Shown here piece after piece: positions 45,583 to 59,760 of a DNA stretch of 64,000 nt; the stretch's first letter is position 1, and every line of letters begins with the position of its first letter. The notes under the pieces are model-generated. The model searched no databases. It was given only the letters and a program-made list of their open reading frames with translations, and had not been told where the DNA came from. The DNA lies in the NCBI GenBank assembly GCA_004022145.1, contig RCNU01000008.1; one strand, written 5' to 3'. The DNA is from Paecilomyces variotii. Lineage: Eukaryota. The translations under genes were made by a program, and so were the position numbers.

Positions 45583-48500
45583 ATCAGAAGCCCCAGTGAC
45601 GGGCAACTGGGGAGAGATCCGCGATAGTCGTCCTTTGACGTCAGCATTCGCTGAAGAGAAAAGCTCCTAAACCATACGGCGATGAAGTCCGAGGCCGCGA
45701 TGCGAGGTAACGACGGAAGGGATCGACCAGAGACACGGTCGACGAAAAGTGTATATCGCGGGTGCTGCGGCGGGTGGAAGAATCGCTTCCTGTCTGCAGA
45801 ATCATACACCCAGCAGGCTTCAGCGTCAGTGTTCGACCGCGCGAAGCAAGCAAGCAAGCAAGCGGAGAAAGACCAGCACAGCAAGGGTTGGCTTCGACGG
45901 GGGGGAATGAGCCCTTTGGGCTCCAGAGGCGGACACGGTCAAGTGGACTGAGTGTGGCAGAGTTCGAGTGAGGCGGCGTATGATTTTCTCTAGGTGGTGA
46001 CAGATGACAGGGGTGGGTAGACCCGAATTAGGCGTCAGGCCGCGCTGGGCGAAACGAACGGGTGGGTGTTGGGGAAGACAGAGAGAGGGAACGGCGTTGA
46101 GGTGAGGAAGACAGTAGAGTTGATTCCAGAAAAGGGAGACCAGTCAAAGGTCTGTGAAGCCGTGGATGACCAGTGCGAACCGTGTGATCGCGACTGCGAA
46201 GAGCGGGTTTGGTACCGGTGGAACACACGAAGACTGTCGGAGAGATGGTTTCAACACCAGAGAGGGGACGGTCGCGACTGTGTGGCCGGGGGGGAAGAAC
46301 AGCCGCGAAACGCACCTTTCGCAGAGACTCTCCGGGAAGGGGATTCTTTGCGGTGGTGGAGAGGAGAGGAGAGGAGAGGAAAGGAAAGGGAAGAGGGATG
46401 GTGGTGAGCTAAGGATCCATGGACGGACAGCAAGGGAGCAGATAGAAGAGTACCGTACCAGGATTAGAATCGAATAGGATTAGGATGAGGATCTGAAGGA
46501 TGGGCGAAGCATGCGGAAGGTCCTTGAAGATCTGTTTGGTCGTTAGCGGGCAAAGGACTAGCGACGGGAGCGATGGAGTCTGGTGGGACAGCCAAACGGG
46601 CCGGAGAAAGCACGGCCAAGGCCCAGCAATATTATTTATTATTTATTACGACGCTGTCTTCCTGCAATTGTTCGTGGTGACTCGTGTCTTTGGTTTCATG
46701 TTGCGCTGCTGCTCCTGGACTGCTAGATAGTTGATATTCTAATAATATTCTAATAAAATACGTGGCGATCGTGCGAGAAACCGTGATGCCAACAGGTCAG
46801 GTCAGGCCTCCAGATGCACCCAATCGAGTTCCCGATGCGCTTAGACCACGTGATCTGTCATCGACCGTCTTTTGTCTAGCCAAAGAATTCAATTATCATT
46901 ATTACAAGGACGACGTCGCGATCTCGGCCAAACTCCTCGTTAGACAAGCTCAGTCGCCTTTCAATGGAACTGACTACATACAGTATAGAGTAGTTAGTAG
47001 TTAGAAGTACGACAACAGGGAAATAATCCACCCGGGAAAAGCCGGTGTCCTCGCTGAAGGGATTGGGGAGCTCAACCATAGCAGCACCACGCCAACCAGC
47101 GCTGCTGCAGTGCGATGATCAAAACGCTATATAGACGCACGGACCAGCTCATTCGATTCTTCATTTCAACTCCTCTGGACACCGCCTTGTAGCTAGGTTG
47201 GCACAGGAACTCATCTCTACTGATCAAACCCAATGGCTAGTTAACTGCGGAGTATGGTAGTTTACCACCTCCGGTGTTCCAGGAACCACTGCAATTTTTG
47301 CATCTGGCCCTGGCCCGAAAGCTTCACATGACATCATCACCGTGTCTCGACCCCAGACCAGGTCGACAGCACTTGGTGGAATCCAGGAAATTAGGGCTAG
47401 TCTAACACCAGAGAACTCGTATTCATCGTTGCTTCGGTTTTTAGCGAGGTCCAGAACCGTCTCGAAGGGGTTGCCGCTCGTGAACTCACCCTTCCAATTT
47501 ACTCCAGTACGAAATCCATGTTTTGACAACCCAGCGTCAGAGTTGGGACGGTGAAGTATGCTTTCCAACTATGGTTAGGTTACTGCTTCTAACAAGCCAG
47601 AGACCAGTCACGATTTTATAAGAGAGCGCACCTTGCAAATTTGAAGAGAAGACGAGATGCTTGAGGTTTCGTTCATAAATCATGCAGACTCAGGATCCTC
47701 CGCTTTCCGGTCTATCTTTCTCATCCACATCAGCAAGCATTTCTTTGATTTTTCTCGATGAGCTTGCAGTCTTCGTCTTCCAAAAGCATCTAGGTTTCGA
47801 TGTCTTTCTTACCACGTTAGGTGTAACTCCATAGTATTCAGCAATCGGCATATATATAAGACGCAAAAATTGCAGACTGGATAACACAAATCAAGACATG
47901 CAACAATGTGATCTCATCAATAGATGTTGCCAGGAGGAGACAATTTCCTTGTCAAACAAGTTGAAACGCCGATGCAACGAGAAGCCCGCAGTATAATACC
48001 GGCTGTTAAGTTCCAAGAGCCGAATCCTCAGTAAGGACTTTATATCCGCAGTGAGCCTTCCTGGTAAATGTTAAACTACAGATATTCTGTGTTCTACGGT
48101 CGTACTCGTTTTCCAACTTCTCTGATCTTCTATCTGATAATCTTCAGTTGGCATTAGTGTCCTATATTTAGTTTCGGTTTCCGGTTTGGGAATGATGAAC
48201 TTGGATGTACACGCACTCGTCACGTGACTTTTCTTGGCTCCGCAACGGCTTATCGCATACATAAGCCGCATACGAATATCAGTGCGGAGTCTCATACAAC
48301 CTCAAGGCTCCTGAGCTATCACTCTCTTTTCTACTTGCCTCTTGCCTCTCCCCCTCTTATCCTCCTTATCCCACTTGCTACATACGTCTTCCTGCTACCC
48401 CTCGTTACCAGAGGGTAGTCTGTCCCTCTCTGACACCGCGAATTCCTCTCAAACAGATGTCGACCGGCCATTACGTGGCTTACGACTTGCCTCGAGCAAC

Positions 48501-50558
48501 ATGGTCTCCTCGTCGCCCGCTCCCGTCGGTTCCGGGATCTTCTTCGCGTTCGCCCTGGTAACCATATCCGTCTTGGTTCTACTCCTCCTGCGCCGTTTTC
48601 TGACGCTGCGCGCCACTCCCGCCTACATAATCGTCCCCGTCTTCCTTGCCCTCGCGCTCCCTGCCAGCGTCGTCTTACTCGTTCCGATCGACTTGACATC
48701 CAGCTCTCGAGCGAATGGCCGTGCGACGGGTATATGGTTGCCTGACCGGATGGTCCTGGTGTCATGGCGCATTGCATACTGGCTCATATTCGTCTTGACG
48801 TGGATCATCTTGCCTCTCCTGGGCGAGTTCGTTGATTCCGGATACCGTGATCCCAAAGGTCGCCTTATGTACTCGCTACGCTCGAATGGCCGTTATCAGT
48901 TGACAGTCCTTTGTTGCGGTATCGTGGGCTTGATTTACATTTCCATTCAGAATGGCTTCGACTTTACCTCCATCAAGGGCCTGGTCATGGCCCTTGCGTA
49001 CGTGTGGGGTCTCATCCTGGCCATCTATTTGATGGGCCACGGACTCGTCTCCATACCTCGCACTCTACTGCGAAATGCCAATGCGAGCGGCCGTCTCCGG
49101 AGAATACAGGCACGTGCTCCGAAGGTGCATGACCGTTTGATGGATGCGATCACCGACTTGGAGGAACTCGAAGCAACAGTCTCTCAGCTTCAGCGCCGCA
49201 AGACCGGCAGTGCGAGGGAGTTCACTGACTGGATCGAGGAACTGGCGGAAACTTGCAATTCTTCCGAATCGCAGCCTCTGGCTGGTCAATCTATCGCCGA
49301 GGCGACTGCGACGGTCCCTGCGGTTATCACTGAGCGATATATGGCGGATCTCACGAGGCGTCTTCAACGTGCGCGCCATCGCCGGGCTCGATTCCTCGAT
49401 GAGTGGGATCGTTTGGTGCAGTCGGCAGCAGAGACACAGGCAATTATTGACTCTTACGCCTCCAAGAAACTGGACTTCGGCCGAACATCTCCTCACGCTT
49501 CGTTTCTTTCCCGCGCAAAGTTTCTGACCCCATACATGCGGTATCATCTCCATGTGAATATCCTGCCAAGCTTACGACTATTGTTTGCTGGTATCTTTGC
49601 TGTCGCGTCGGTCTGTATTATTTGGTCCGAATTGATCAAGTCCTTTGCGCCGAAGCTTTCAGTCATCAGCCTTACTGTCGTACCACATTCGAGTGACCCT
49701 GGTGCGATCGGATTTGGAGGACAGGTCACCGCATCTGCCTGGCTATTATACATGTGCACTGCGGCTCTCGTTGGAATGTATGATGCAAAGGTCTGGGGTA
49801 ACCGTGCCTTGGTGCGTCGAAATACATATGGCGAGAGTGCCTGTTGGTACGCAGGACAGGTTGCCAAGCTCACAGTGCCGCTTTCTTACAACTTCCTCAC
49901 TTTCTTGCCAGAAGAAGTGCAGCGGAACACCACATTCTACAAGTTCCTTGGTCGTCTCATCAACTTGACACCGCTAGGAAAAGGCTTTGACTACTTCTTC
50001 CCAGTCTTCATCTTTCTTCCCGTATGCGCCACCATGTTCAACCTGTACGGGAAAATGAGAAGGATCTTCAGCTTTGGCATTTTGGAAGAGGATGACGATT
50101 CTGAAAATGACCCCAGTGGTATCGGCGCTGGTGGATGGAGAGAAGGTCGCGAGCTGATCGAGCGGGAGTTGAGCGGCCTCGGCTCGTTGGGGCTCGCGTC
50201 GAGGAACACAGATACGGTTGGTCTTCCTACGGGAGTCGCTCGAGGCAGGGCGACCAACCGAGCCGCCCTGGCCACATGGACTCCACCGGCTGAGGGATCT
50301 CGTCCCGCTCGCTCTACGCGGACTGCGGCGACTGCATCACGGACGGTCGCGCCAGAGCTCGATGACGAGGAGGAAGGCTTCTTCCAGTCGTTTTTCCATC
50401 GGGTCAAAAACACGTATGACACTTCCAACGTACCTCAGTGGTTTCAAGGGGACCAGTTCCCGCGTCCGAGATGGATGTCCGGTTCAGGTGCAGCTGAGGG
50501 TGGCGGTAGCGGCCTGGCGCGCTGGTTTGGGAAGCAGACTACGAGCGTAAGACTTTAA
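48501..50558 (+). CDS. LMBR1-domain membrane protein
   Basis: LLVPIDL, WIILPLLGEFVDSG, GHGLVSIPR, KLTVPLSYNFL; multiple TM helices; single exon. Confidence 0.9.
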   Translation: MVSSSPAPVGSGIFFAFALVTISVLVLLLLRRFLTLRATPAYIIVPVFLALALPASVVLLVPIDLTSSSRANGRATGIWLPDRMVLVSWRIAYWLIFVLTWIILPLLGEFVDSGYRDPKGRLMYSLRSNGRYQLTVLCCGIVGLIYISIQNGFDFTSIKGLVMALAYVWGLILAIYLMGHGLVSIPRTLLRNANASGRLRRIQARAPKVHDRLMDAITDLEELEATVSQLQRRKTGSAREFTDWIEELAETCNSSESQPLAGQSIAEATATVPAVITERYMADLTRRLQRARHRRARFLDEWDRLVQSAAETQAIIDSYASKKLDFGRTSPHASFLSRAKFLTPYMRYHLHVNILPSLRLLFAGIFAVASVCIIWSELIKSFAPKLSVISLTVVPHSSDPGAIGFGGQVTASAWLLYMCTAALVGMYDAKVWGNRALVRRNTYGESACWYAGQVAKLTVPLSYNFLTFLPEEVQRNTTFYKFLGRLINLTPLGKGFDYFFPVFIFLPVCATMFNLYGKMRRIFSFGILEEDDDSENDPSGIGAGGWREGRELIERELSGLGSLGLASRNTDTVGLPTGVARGRATNRAALATWTPPAEGSRPARSTRTAATASRTVAPELDDEEEGFFQSFFHRVKNTYDTSNVPQWFQGDQFPRPRWMSGSGAAEGGGSGLARWFGKQTTSVRL

Positions 50559-51311
50559 TTCGCTGCCTTCTGTTTTCAGTGTACATATATATACATCTTT
50601 TAATCACGCATGGCAATGGCGTTGGAGGGCACTGCTTGGGATATGGATATAGAGACAAGACCGACGGCAACCTCGCCATAGATCATGTTTCCCACTTGCT
50701 TAGGCAATCTTGCAATGAATAATATTGATAACCTTTCGAATCCGGTTTCTCATGAGCTTCTCATGAACCTGTTGTTCAGGCTTTCTTGGGTGGAAGGGTT
50801 TTCTAGCTCTTGACGGTCAATTCGCCTGTGTCTAGCGATCCAAATATATATATTGTGGCAGGTGCAGTATCCAAGGGAGCTTCACTCGACTGATTCCAAG
50901 GACGCGGGTCTTGTCAAGCGTTGAGCTTCATGGGGAAGCTCTAAAATAGTCCGACATCACCAGCAAGTCTAGGACCAGCGATTCAATCTTTTAATTCTGC
51001 ATACAATGCCCCTCAATGGGATCTGGGCGACCCCGCGATAAAAATAAAAAGAAACGCAGCAGCCGAGCGCCTACACAAAAAGCCGCGCGGCAAAGCAAGC
51101 ACCGACACTCCGCCTTGGGATTCTGCCTAAACTTCCAGGCCGTCTGAGAATCCCCAAAGGTGTTGCTGTCAAACTCCACCCAGAGCCCGTTTTCAGCTGT
51201 GCCACGCAGCCTCTTTTTCACCCCGGACCCTCACAGCTGGAAACAAGACAAGAAGGGAGAACCAAAGAAGATACAAGAAAAACCAAAAAGAGGCGGGGTG
51301 GGAATCGACCC

Positions 51312-52502
51312 ATGACGCCATCGTCGTCTCCCCTGCTTTTGCCTTCATTGGGTGAGACGTGCATTTCATATCTCGATTCCATCGCTACGAATCTGCCTGT
51401 CTCGCTGCGCAGTCTTCCCGACCGCTTCGCGAACCTTGCCTCTCGTTCGACGTACCTTGAACCGACCCGGAGCCTGCGCCTTTTCGTCCGGTTTCTCTCG
51501 GGAGAGAAAGACTCGACGCTGGTCTTTCATCACTCTCCTGCTATTGCCGCCTTCATCGCTACCATCGTTGCGTGCGTGCTTGCACTCGTCGCTATGAGTT
51601 GGCGCCAACCGTTCTCCAGTTTCTGGCGACGTCCCGAAGCCCCTCCGCGGGTGAGTGATGGCGATTATAGCTATCTCACCAATGACGACATCGGCGAGTC
51701 TGGTCGCGGTTATGCCGCGACAGGCGACAATGCGCCCGATACCATCTTCCTCGTGCACCTTCGCAACCAATACGAGCTGCACTTCCCGGCCTACTCTATC
51801 GATGATGGTCTGTTGACGGTGGGGCAGCTGCGGCAGCGCGCTGCAGAGGTGACAGGCGCCTCAGATGCCCGACGGGTCAAATTGCTGTACAAGGGGAAGT
51901 TGCTGGATGACGACTCGAAACCCTGCAGAGAAGAAGGCCTTAAGCAAGAATCGGTGGTGATGGCGGTGTTGCATACGCAGTCGAATGACACGACGTCCAG
52001 CGAGGCTTCAGGCAGTGAGGTGGAGAGAACCCATTCGGCTCATCATCATGGTGCAGATCATGAGCACCACACCCACGGCGGCGAGAGGAAGAAAAAGAAC
52101 AAGAAGAATAAGAAGAAAAACAAAAAGAAGGGCGACTCGAACAACAACCTGGCCCCACCGGCGGAGCAGCAACCGGTGCCATCTGGCGGTTCGTCGCTCC
52201 CTTCACCGGCCCCGAGTATAAAGAACATGAGCAGTCCACTTCAACAGGCGGATGCTCTCATGGAGTACCTGCGCAAGACTCTCATACCGCTCTGCGACGA
52301 GTTTGTCGCGAATCCTCCAGCGGATCAGAAAGCTCGTGAGTTTGAATTCCGGAAACTCTCGGAGACCATTCTGGCGCAGGTGTTGCTCAAAGCGGATAGT
52401 ATCGAGCCTGACGGAGATGAAAATGCTCGAAATGCACGCCGTGCTCTCGTCAAAGAGGCACAGGCCGCTCTGAACAAGCTGGACGAAGCCATTAAAGCTT
52501 AA
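51312..52502 (+). CDS. BAG-domain co-chaperone with ubiquitin-like domain and TM anchor
   Basis: RRVKLLYKGKLL (UBL-like); EFRKLSETILAQVLLKADSIE...RNARRALVKEAQAALNKLD (BAG). Confidence 0.88.
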   Translation: MTPSSSPLLLPSLGETCISYLDSIATNLPVSLRSLPDRFANLASRSTYLEPTRSLRLFVRFLSGEKDSTLVFHHSPAIAAFIATIVACVLALVAMSWRQPFSSFWRRPEAPPRVSDGDYSYLTNDDIGESGRGYAATGDNAPDTIFLVHLRNQYELHFPAYSIDDGLLTVGQLRQRAAEVTGASDARRVKLLYKGKLLDDDSKPCREEGLKQESVVMAVLHTQSNDTTSSEASGSEVERTHSAHHHGADHEHHTHGGERKKKNKKNKKKNKKKGDSNNNLAPPAEQQPVPSGGSSLPSPAPSIKNMSSPLQQADALMEYLRKTLIPLCDEFVANPPADQKAREFEFRKLSETILAQVLLKADSIEPDGDENARNARRALVKEAQAALNKLDEAIKA

Positions 52503-55304
52503 GAGTGCTTTCTGCTGAACTCCCTGGAGTGGGAACTGCATCGCACACGTAGCTGCAGGATTCTCGGCTACGACCTCGGGGTCATAAACTAGATGAATGG
52601 ACCTTTTTCTCTTTATTTTCGTTTTTCGTCTTGTTGGGCGTCGGAGATGGGTAGATATCTATAGATGTCGGAGACCTACATGGCCTATGTCCATTCGGTA
52701 CTTGCGTTTGCCCGGTCGATTTATTGATGACCTTCTGTACATTGCGTTGCTTGCATACTGGATGGCGTCTGTTTGTTTCTCATTTCTCATCATGCCCCGA
52801 CTACGCTACGTTCGCCATGTTCTCAGCCGGGCCCTGGGATCGGGATATTATTTACTTTCTCAACCTTATCGGGGAATGTGGCACACGTCCCATCCCTCGT
52901 CCGAACCTCAGCGTTCTAGAACTAGTAGTTCCCTCCCTGACAAGGCGATCCATCTGTTCTATGTACATCTGATCTGCCGTATATTAGCCGGTAAATAATA
53001 TTCAGTCCAGAATGCAGATTTCCTGTCGATCATATCATACGCTAGAAGCTCGAGAAGATTCTTCCATTCCCCAAAGTCCCCGCCCAGGAACACGTAAGGC
53101 TGGTTTGCATGAACAAGGCGCGAAAGCTGAAACAGCCTGCGCGAACCGATCGTCTAGTCTAGAGTAGGAGGAGCCTGGGGGAGGGAGGGATGTGATGGAC
53201 CCCGCTGGGAAAGGAAAGAGTAATTGCTCTTATTCTAGGATCGTTATTTTCTTCTCGTAGCACGTTGCAGTAGATAAGAAGAATAGAAAACAACAATGAT
53301 AGTATCAAGGTAGTTAAGTCGATGATTTTATTAGAGCGCGAAGGCAGGATATCGGATATCCTATCTGCAAGTGTTGGCCAGCATGAAGTCTGAACTAAAT
53401 ACTGGTAAACTGATTTAGAGTAAACGATGTATGTATTTAAATTGATTATTATTTAGTCTACAGGATAACTTTCCCGCAAACTTAACGGCAATAATAGCAT
53501 TGTGGAAATGGTGAGGTTCCGGTCCCACTGGGCTGGGTTTGTTGTTTTGTTGACCCGGCCGGGCCCTGTCTGCACGGCCATGGCTCTGTATTATTATTAC
53601 CATACATAGTATGTATTCAATATCCCATCCCGCTAGATGGGGAGCGGAATGAACGGGAGAGTACCTAGGGAAAGAAAGGAAGAGAGAACTGATTTTTAAC
53701 TCAAATGATGGTCGATGTTTGGTGATTATGGTATGATTTTGTTTGGATCTTGTACGACCGGGGGGGTTTTCCAACTCCAGACTAGTCTAACGAATCCTTA
53801 CGCCGTTCCCTAGTCTCTAATTTAAAGACGGGCTAAAAGGGGGGAGTGGACGAGAGAAAATCGCATCCCGGATTCCATTTGGATCCACGACGCCGGATGC
53901 TTTGCTGCTCCCCTCCACACGTTAGAGTCTTAGACGGGCTGGAAGCATCTTAGCTGTGAGATAGAGATGATCTTACTTGGTTTGACGGGACCAATCAGCC
54001 ATATCTGGAGTCTCCTGCCGATCCCCATCGTTGGCCGCCCTTTTTTTTTCTCTGTTGTTCACAAGCCGCGGGTGACAATCGGCTTTTCCCAGGCCAGATC
54101 CGTTGGAAGCAGCTAGTGACAGGATTAGTCTAGTTCTTTTTAGCCTCACGAACCAACTAGACCAGAAGAGAGAGTTAGCACTCGCATCCAGGGCCAGCCA
54201 GAACCCCCCCGGAAGGCTTCGACGCGTTGGCTGTGGCTTGTTCTCTCTCGCCCCTGGGACTGGCAGGATGGATATTAGCATGTTTGCTAGACGGAACTAC
54301 TGCCTCACCCCATCACGGACCCTTTCTCAGCCTTTCTTCCCTTGCCAGACTGTCTTCCCTTTGTCTCTGAACCTCCCTTTTTTGTTGTTTTTCCCTTTTG
54401 TATTCTCTCATCATCGGGGAATTCTTTTCCTGTAAGCTGCCGTGCAGTTCTGGACTGCGTGTTGGCATCCACTCCTTTTGAACTCCCCGCCAAACCCTTC
54501 GACGGTTGATCCCCTCCCGTCTGCATCCACATCTCCGGTCTCCTCTCCTATCAACCTACGCTTCTTTTCTCCTCAACATCTGTCTGCTACTGGACTCCAG
54601 AAAACGAGCTGATAAGATCGTGACGGTAAATAAGACCAAAAGAAGAACAAAAAAACATGTTGCCCTGAAGGAGAACGCTTTTACTAAAGGGTAACCAAAC
54701 TAGATTTCCCCTATAAACCGCCATCATCCCTCCCCCTCTTCCCTGGTTGAGCACGGTTGAGATCCAATCTCCGTAATAAAATCTCCGGCCAGCACTGTCA
54801 TCCCACGGTACCGAGATCCTGGACATCCGCATCCTATCCGTGGTTGCTTGCTGCACGAACCAAGCGACCGTTTCCCGAAAACGTTCTCCACCGGCGTGAA
54901 TTGACAAATTACTCCTTTTGGATTCCTCTTTTCCTCCTTTTACTGCGTCGCTTCTGATCTTCTGGTTATCCTCGTGCTTCTGGCACACGGAAACTTGATC
55001 TTGCTCCAAACCCCAGGAAGAACGTGGGCGTCTGACTCGTCTTCCTTGTTTTTATCACGGCCTTCGCACGGACTGAGTGTCCAAGTGATCGTCTTGACGG
55101 GAGTGAGAAGGAGCTATAACTGAGATTTTCTGGACACTGGGTTATGGGATTATTGGCATGATCGGTTAGGAACGAAACCTATTTACTGGCTTTGACGGTC
55201 TCCGGGAACCCCGGACGATCCTCAGCTGGAATACGGCTAGTTGAGGCGACTTTTAGCAGGATTGCAGTTGGTGTGTATCTGTTGCTACTGCTGCGGCCGA
55301 TAGG

Positions 55305-57144
55305 ATGGCAGGAGCAGCTACTGCAACGTACACCACAGAGGCTTTCATGTCTCCTGGCATGAATGGCAGCCAGCATTGGGACTATGCGGTGCCAATTGGC
55401 CCCGAGGTAGGTTTTGTCCTTTTTTTTTTATTCTTTTTTTATGGTTCCGCGTTGCCTCCCCGATAATCCATCATACGACCCTTCGTACGCTCTTCTGGAT
55501 TGCCTGATGTCCATGTTCGGCTGGTCGACGATGATGCCCTGCCTGGCTGGCCTTGCTAACAAGTGAGTGTCGTAGAACCACAACAAGGCGCGGAACTCGA
55601 ATGATTCGAACCACGTATACGGGAAATCGAACCGGGCAGTCTCTCGCAGTTCTTCGCGACGTTCGAAGCGTGCTCGCGCGAGAGGAGATACCGGTGAGAG
55701 CCGACCCGTCTACGATGGGGATGGCCCACTGGACTCCTACAGACGCGACTCGTCTGCAAGTAAAAACGCGGTGAATGGGTTAGATTCTGCAGGGCACCAG
55801 AATGGCTCGAAGAAAGGTCACTACGCGGATGGTATGAATGGACCGTATACAGAAGAGGAAATGAATGATGAATATTGGATCCATCGTGACAAGCTGGCAA
55901 AGATCGAGAGCGAGGAACTGCAGCAGGCCGCGATCAGGTTCCAGCGTCAGGCGCGAGCTGGTAGCAAGTCCAGCAGTAGACGAGGCCGGAGCCATGATCG
56001 CAACAGCAATGGCGTGAACGGTTCTCTCGTGACGACGCCGCAAGCGATAGAGCATACCGAGCCGTGGCCCAACATTCGTGATGAGAAACCGTCGGACTTC
56101 GACTTCTGGGGCAATGTCGGGAATGAACCGACAGAGGAGGAGAGGCAGAATTGGGATCTTCGTCGTCCGGAGGAGATCGCTGCGGACCAAGAAGCAGAGT
56201 CCTATGAGGACGGAGCATCCAAGATGTATCGAAACCCCGGGTTGAGGAAGAGTTCGTCACGGATACCAGTCCTGGCTACCAGCCCAGCGCCGATCTCGCA
56301 GGAGCATATAGAACGTGAGTTTCCTTTACTACGCCGACGTACCCAGGGCAGTGCGGATGCAGATAGTATATCCTATCCGAAGCCCGCTCGATCAAGCGAG
56401 TCGCCTGAAATTGACACACCTGAAGCTATCCCAACCGTCGAAACCACTACTCCTCCCCTCAGCACCAGCCGGCCCGTCAGTCGCGGCGTGTCGACGCAGA
56501 ACTCTCCAGTGAAGAAGACGCCGGGCAAGACATCGCCCTCCGGCTCTGGAACACGGAAGACGTCCGGTCAGCCGGCCACGAAGAAGACGCCACAGAAGTC
56601 GAGGGCAACATCCGGCAGCAGTACGCGGCCGACGACCAGAGGGGGAGAAGTCAGACCGACGACTGCCGTCAACCGCCCCGAAGGCGATCCTCCATGGCTT
56701 GCGACGATGTACAAGCCAGACCCTCGTCTTCCTCCGGAACAGCAGATGCTCCCGACTCATGCGAAGAGGATGCAGCAAGAGCAATGGGAGAAAGAAGGCA
56801 AGACGCCGTCTACATATGATCGTGAATTCGGTCCCTTGGCGGTTCGATCCGACGATAACAAACCGCCGCGAGTCAGCCCGGAACCGGCCAAGTCCAACTC
56901 GGAACAGGAGAAGTCTCCAGGATCAGAAGCGGAGTCGCCAGCATGGCCGCTCAAGTCTAAGAGCCCCGAGCCGAACCCTCTGACCAGACCGCCTACTGGC
57001 GGAACTGGATACAGTGCGATGCCGAAGGTGCAGACCACGCCGCCGATCGGTATCGCGCCCTCCCCGAGGGCGAACCCCCCCTGGCCCGAGCCCGAGCCCG
57101 AGAAGCCGACCAAGAAGGGCTGCGGCTGCTGCATCGTTATGTGA
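55305..57144 (+). CDS. teaR: TeaR/Mod5-like cell-end marker receptor, prenylated
   Basis: WIHRDKLAKIESEEL, NRPEGDPPWLATMYKPDPRLPPEQQMLPTHAKR and C-terminal CAAX GCGCCIVM; exon 1 55305..55406 splices in frame to 55576. Confidence 0.8.
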
Positions 57145-58716
57145 ACTACATTATCGCGGCATGGGTTCTTCATTATACCCCCGACTTTCGCTCTTTTATC
57201 TATCGTCATCTCCATTTTCATAAGCGGAGCTCTGCGTCTCCATTCTTGCTGGTCTGGGTCTTTCAACTTGTGCATTCAGCGTGTTTGGGATGACATTGTT
57301 TTACTGACATTTCCTTGATTGTTGCATATCGTATTGGGTGATTTGTGTGTTTTAGATTTTGCGTGAGATCTTCTGAGCGTCTTTTCCCGTCATTCCTTCA
57401 GAGATTCCCTTGCCGTCTGAGCTTCTGTTCCTGCTGTCAACATGCTCTTTGGTGCTTACAATCCTTTTTTCTACCTTCTGTCTACGGGCGCAGATATCAC
57501 AGAGGAAGAGGACGGCAAACATGGTTATCTACAACGCCCCTCTGACGGAACACCGCATTACCTTCCGCCTCGGCTCCTGACGACCTTTACGAATCATACC
57601 TTTTTATTTCCCCCTTCTATCTCATCATGCCGATACCTGGTTTATTTTCCTGTCCATCTCTGCCATTGTCTGTCTGTGTGTGTCCATCGAGTGCCTTGCT
57701 TCTTTCGCTTCGTGAGCGCGGCATGTCCAGCAGCCTCGACTCGAGCTACAAAACTTTTTACATAGCGCATTATTATTACTGGTCCAGATCACTCTCCCGT
57801 GCAGTGTCTCCGGCGTCTGCTTGGCAAGATGCCCGGATGACAACCCAGTATGGCTGGTCCGTAGGGAGGTGACGGTACATAATCGAGAGAAATATTACCT
57901 GAGGGTCTTGTGTTTATCCTACCGGAACTGATTGTGGTCATGGCGACGCGGAGTGCATACCCAATCAGAGACATTAATAATAAACATGATTTCTTCTAGG
58001 CGCGCGAATAACAACATCCAGGGAAGTTGAACTCATCCGGATGGAGGGTGTAATTGCGCCAGACTACGGTTAAGCAAAGACATTACCAGCTGTAACTGTT
58101 CCCAGCGATCATTTTGAGGGAAATAAATCTCAACTCGGACAGTATGGAGGGCAAGATGAGTATGCCTCTAGATCGAACTTGGGGGAGAATGAAGCAGCAA
58201 AGATGGCGACATGGTTCCTCATACAATGAAAACAGGCTTAGATAATCTCAGCCTGACATCACAGGTCCAGACCGAATCCCGGCTTGTTCCGTTAGTTATT
58301 TACGTAGTAATTACCTGTACTTACATAGTAGTTTACAGAAACTTGGCAAAAATATCAAATGTTTCCACCAGCATAATACGTACCATACCCGTATATACAA
58401 AACATAACACGGCCTACATCGGAGAAGCACGCCATAACTACCAGCCAGCTATTATACTACTCTAACTACTGATCCCCTCAACCGTCACCACCACCACCAA
58501 CCAACACCACCACCACTAACTATTATTACCGCTACACCCCTCCCTTCCTCCCCCCTCACCGGAGATAAATCGCAACTATAAAACCAGCCAACAGCACACC
58601 CACCTTTTTCCTTCCGGCCTCGAAAGCCATTCCCCCCAAACGAAAACTCGCCCACCATTTCGTTCATATTCGCTCGTCTTTTCGGCTCCTTTGCCGCTCC
58701 CCAGACTACAGCCGCC

Positions 58717-59371
58717 ATGTCCGCCGCAGCGAAGACGAAGGCTCAGAACCTGATTAATGAGAATGGCGTTGGTATGTACTGTATACTCAATGATTTCTTA
58801 TATGATGGGGATGGGGTTGGGGGTTGCGCTGCTGCAATTCTTGATTTGATTGGGATCATGCAGAACGCGACAAAGAAGATAACGAAGAGGGAACGAAGAA
58901 AAGCATAGCTAACAATAATTTCCGCGCGGTTTATAGTCGTCTTCTCGAAATCCTACTGCCCTTACTGCAAGGCTACCAAGTCGACTCTGAGCGAGCTCGG
59001 AGCCAAGTATACTGCTCTGGAGCTGGATCAGATTGGTTAGTTTGCCCTTCTTCTTCTTCCATATCCTCCTACCATACCATACCCTGCCATGGCAATATAC
59101 GTTTCTTGCTCTTGCTCTTCACTATCATGAGAAGAAAGAAAAACGGAATGAAAAGCATGAAACGAAATGAAATAGACATCCCTTACTAACGCTATATTGG
59201 TACGAAAAAACAGACGATGGAGCCGCGATCCAGGACGCTCTTGAGGAAGTCACCGGCCAGCGTTCCGTGCCTAACATCTTCATCAACAAGCAGCACATTG
59301 GAGGAAACTCGGACCTGCAGTCTCGCAAGGCGGAGCTGCCGCAGCTGTTGAAGAGTGCGGGTGCTTTGTAA
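58717..59371 (+). CDS. Dithiol glutaredoxin (3 exons)
   Basis: VVFSKSYCPYCKAT, QRSVPNIFINKQHIGGNSDL. Confidence 0.95.
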
Positions 59372-59760
59372 ATTGTTAGATAGATGTGATGGTGAATTAA
59401 TCAATTAGGGGATGATATGTCCTATTTTATTCTATCTTATTCTGTTCTGTTCTGTTCTATTCTATTCTAGCGTATGGCATCCTCTGATTGAGGATCGGGG
59501 TGGTGGTATTTGTAGAGGGATTGAGTTACTGGGTTGGAACGTAATTGATATTTGATTTATCGTTGCTTTGTTTTGGGGCATTTTTAGATGGATTTAGTAC
59601 TAAGCACGGAAGGAGGAGAGTTAAGATTGACTTGCAATTACTAGTTGAGACTAGGTATATAGTACATGAAGCTCATTTAGCGATAAAAAGTTTCCTGACA
59701 TGACGTGAAGCCTGGATTTCACGATCATCGTATTCGTCTCTTGTGTCTGTTATATCAGGT

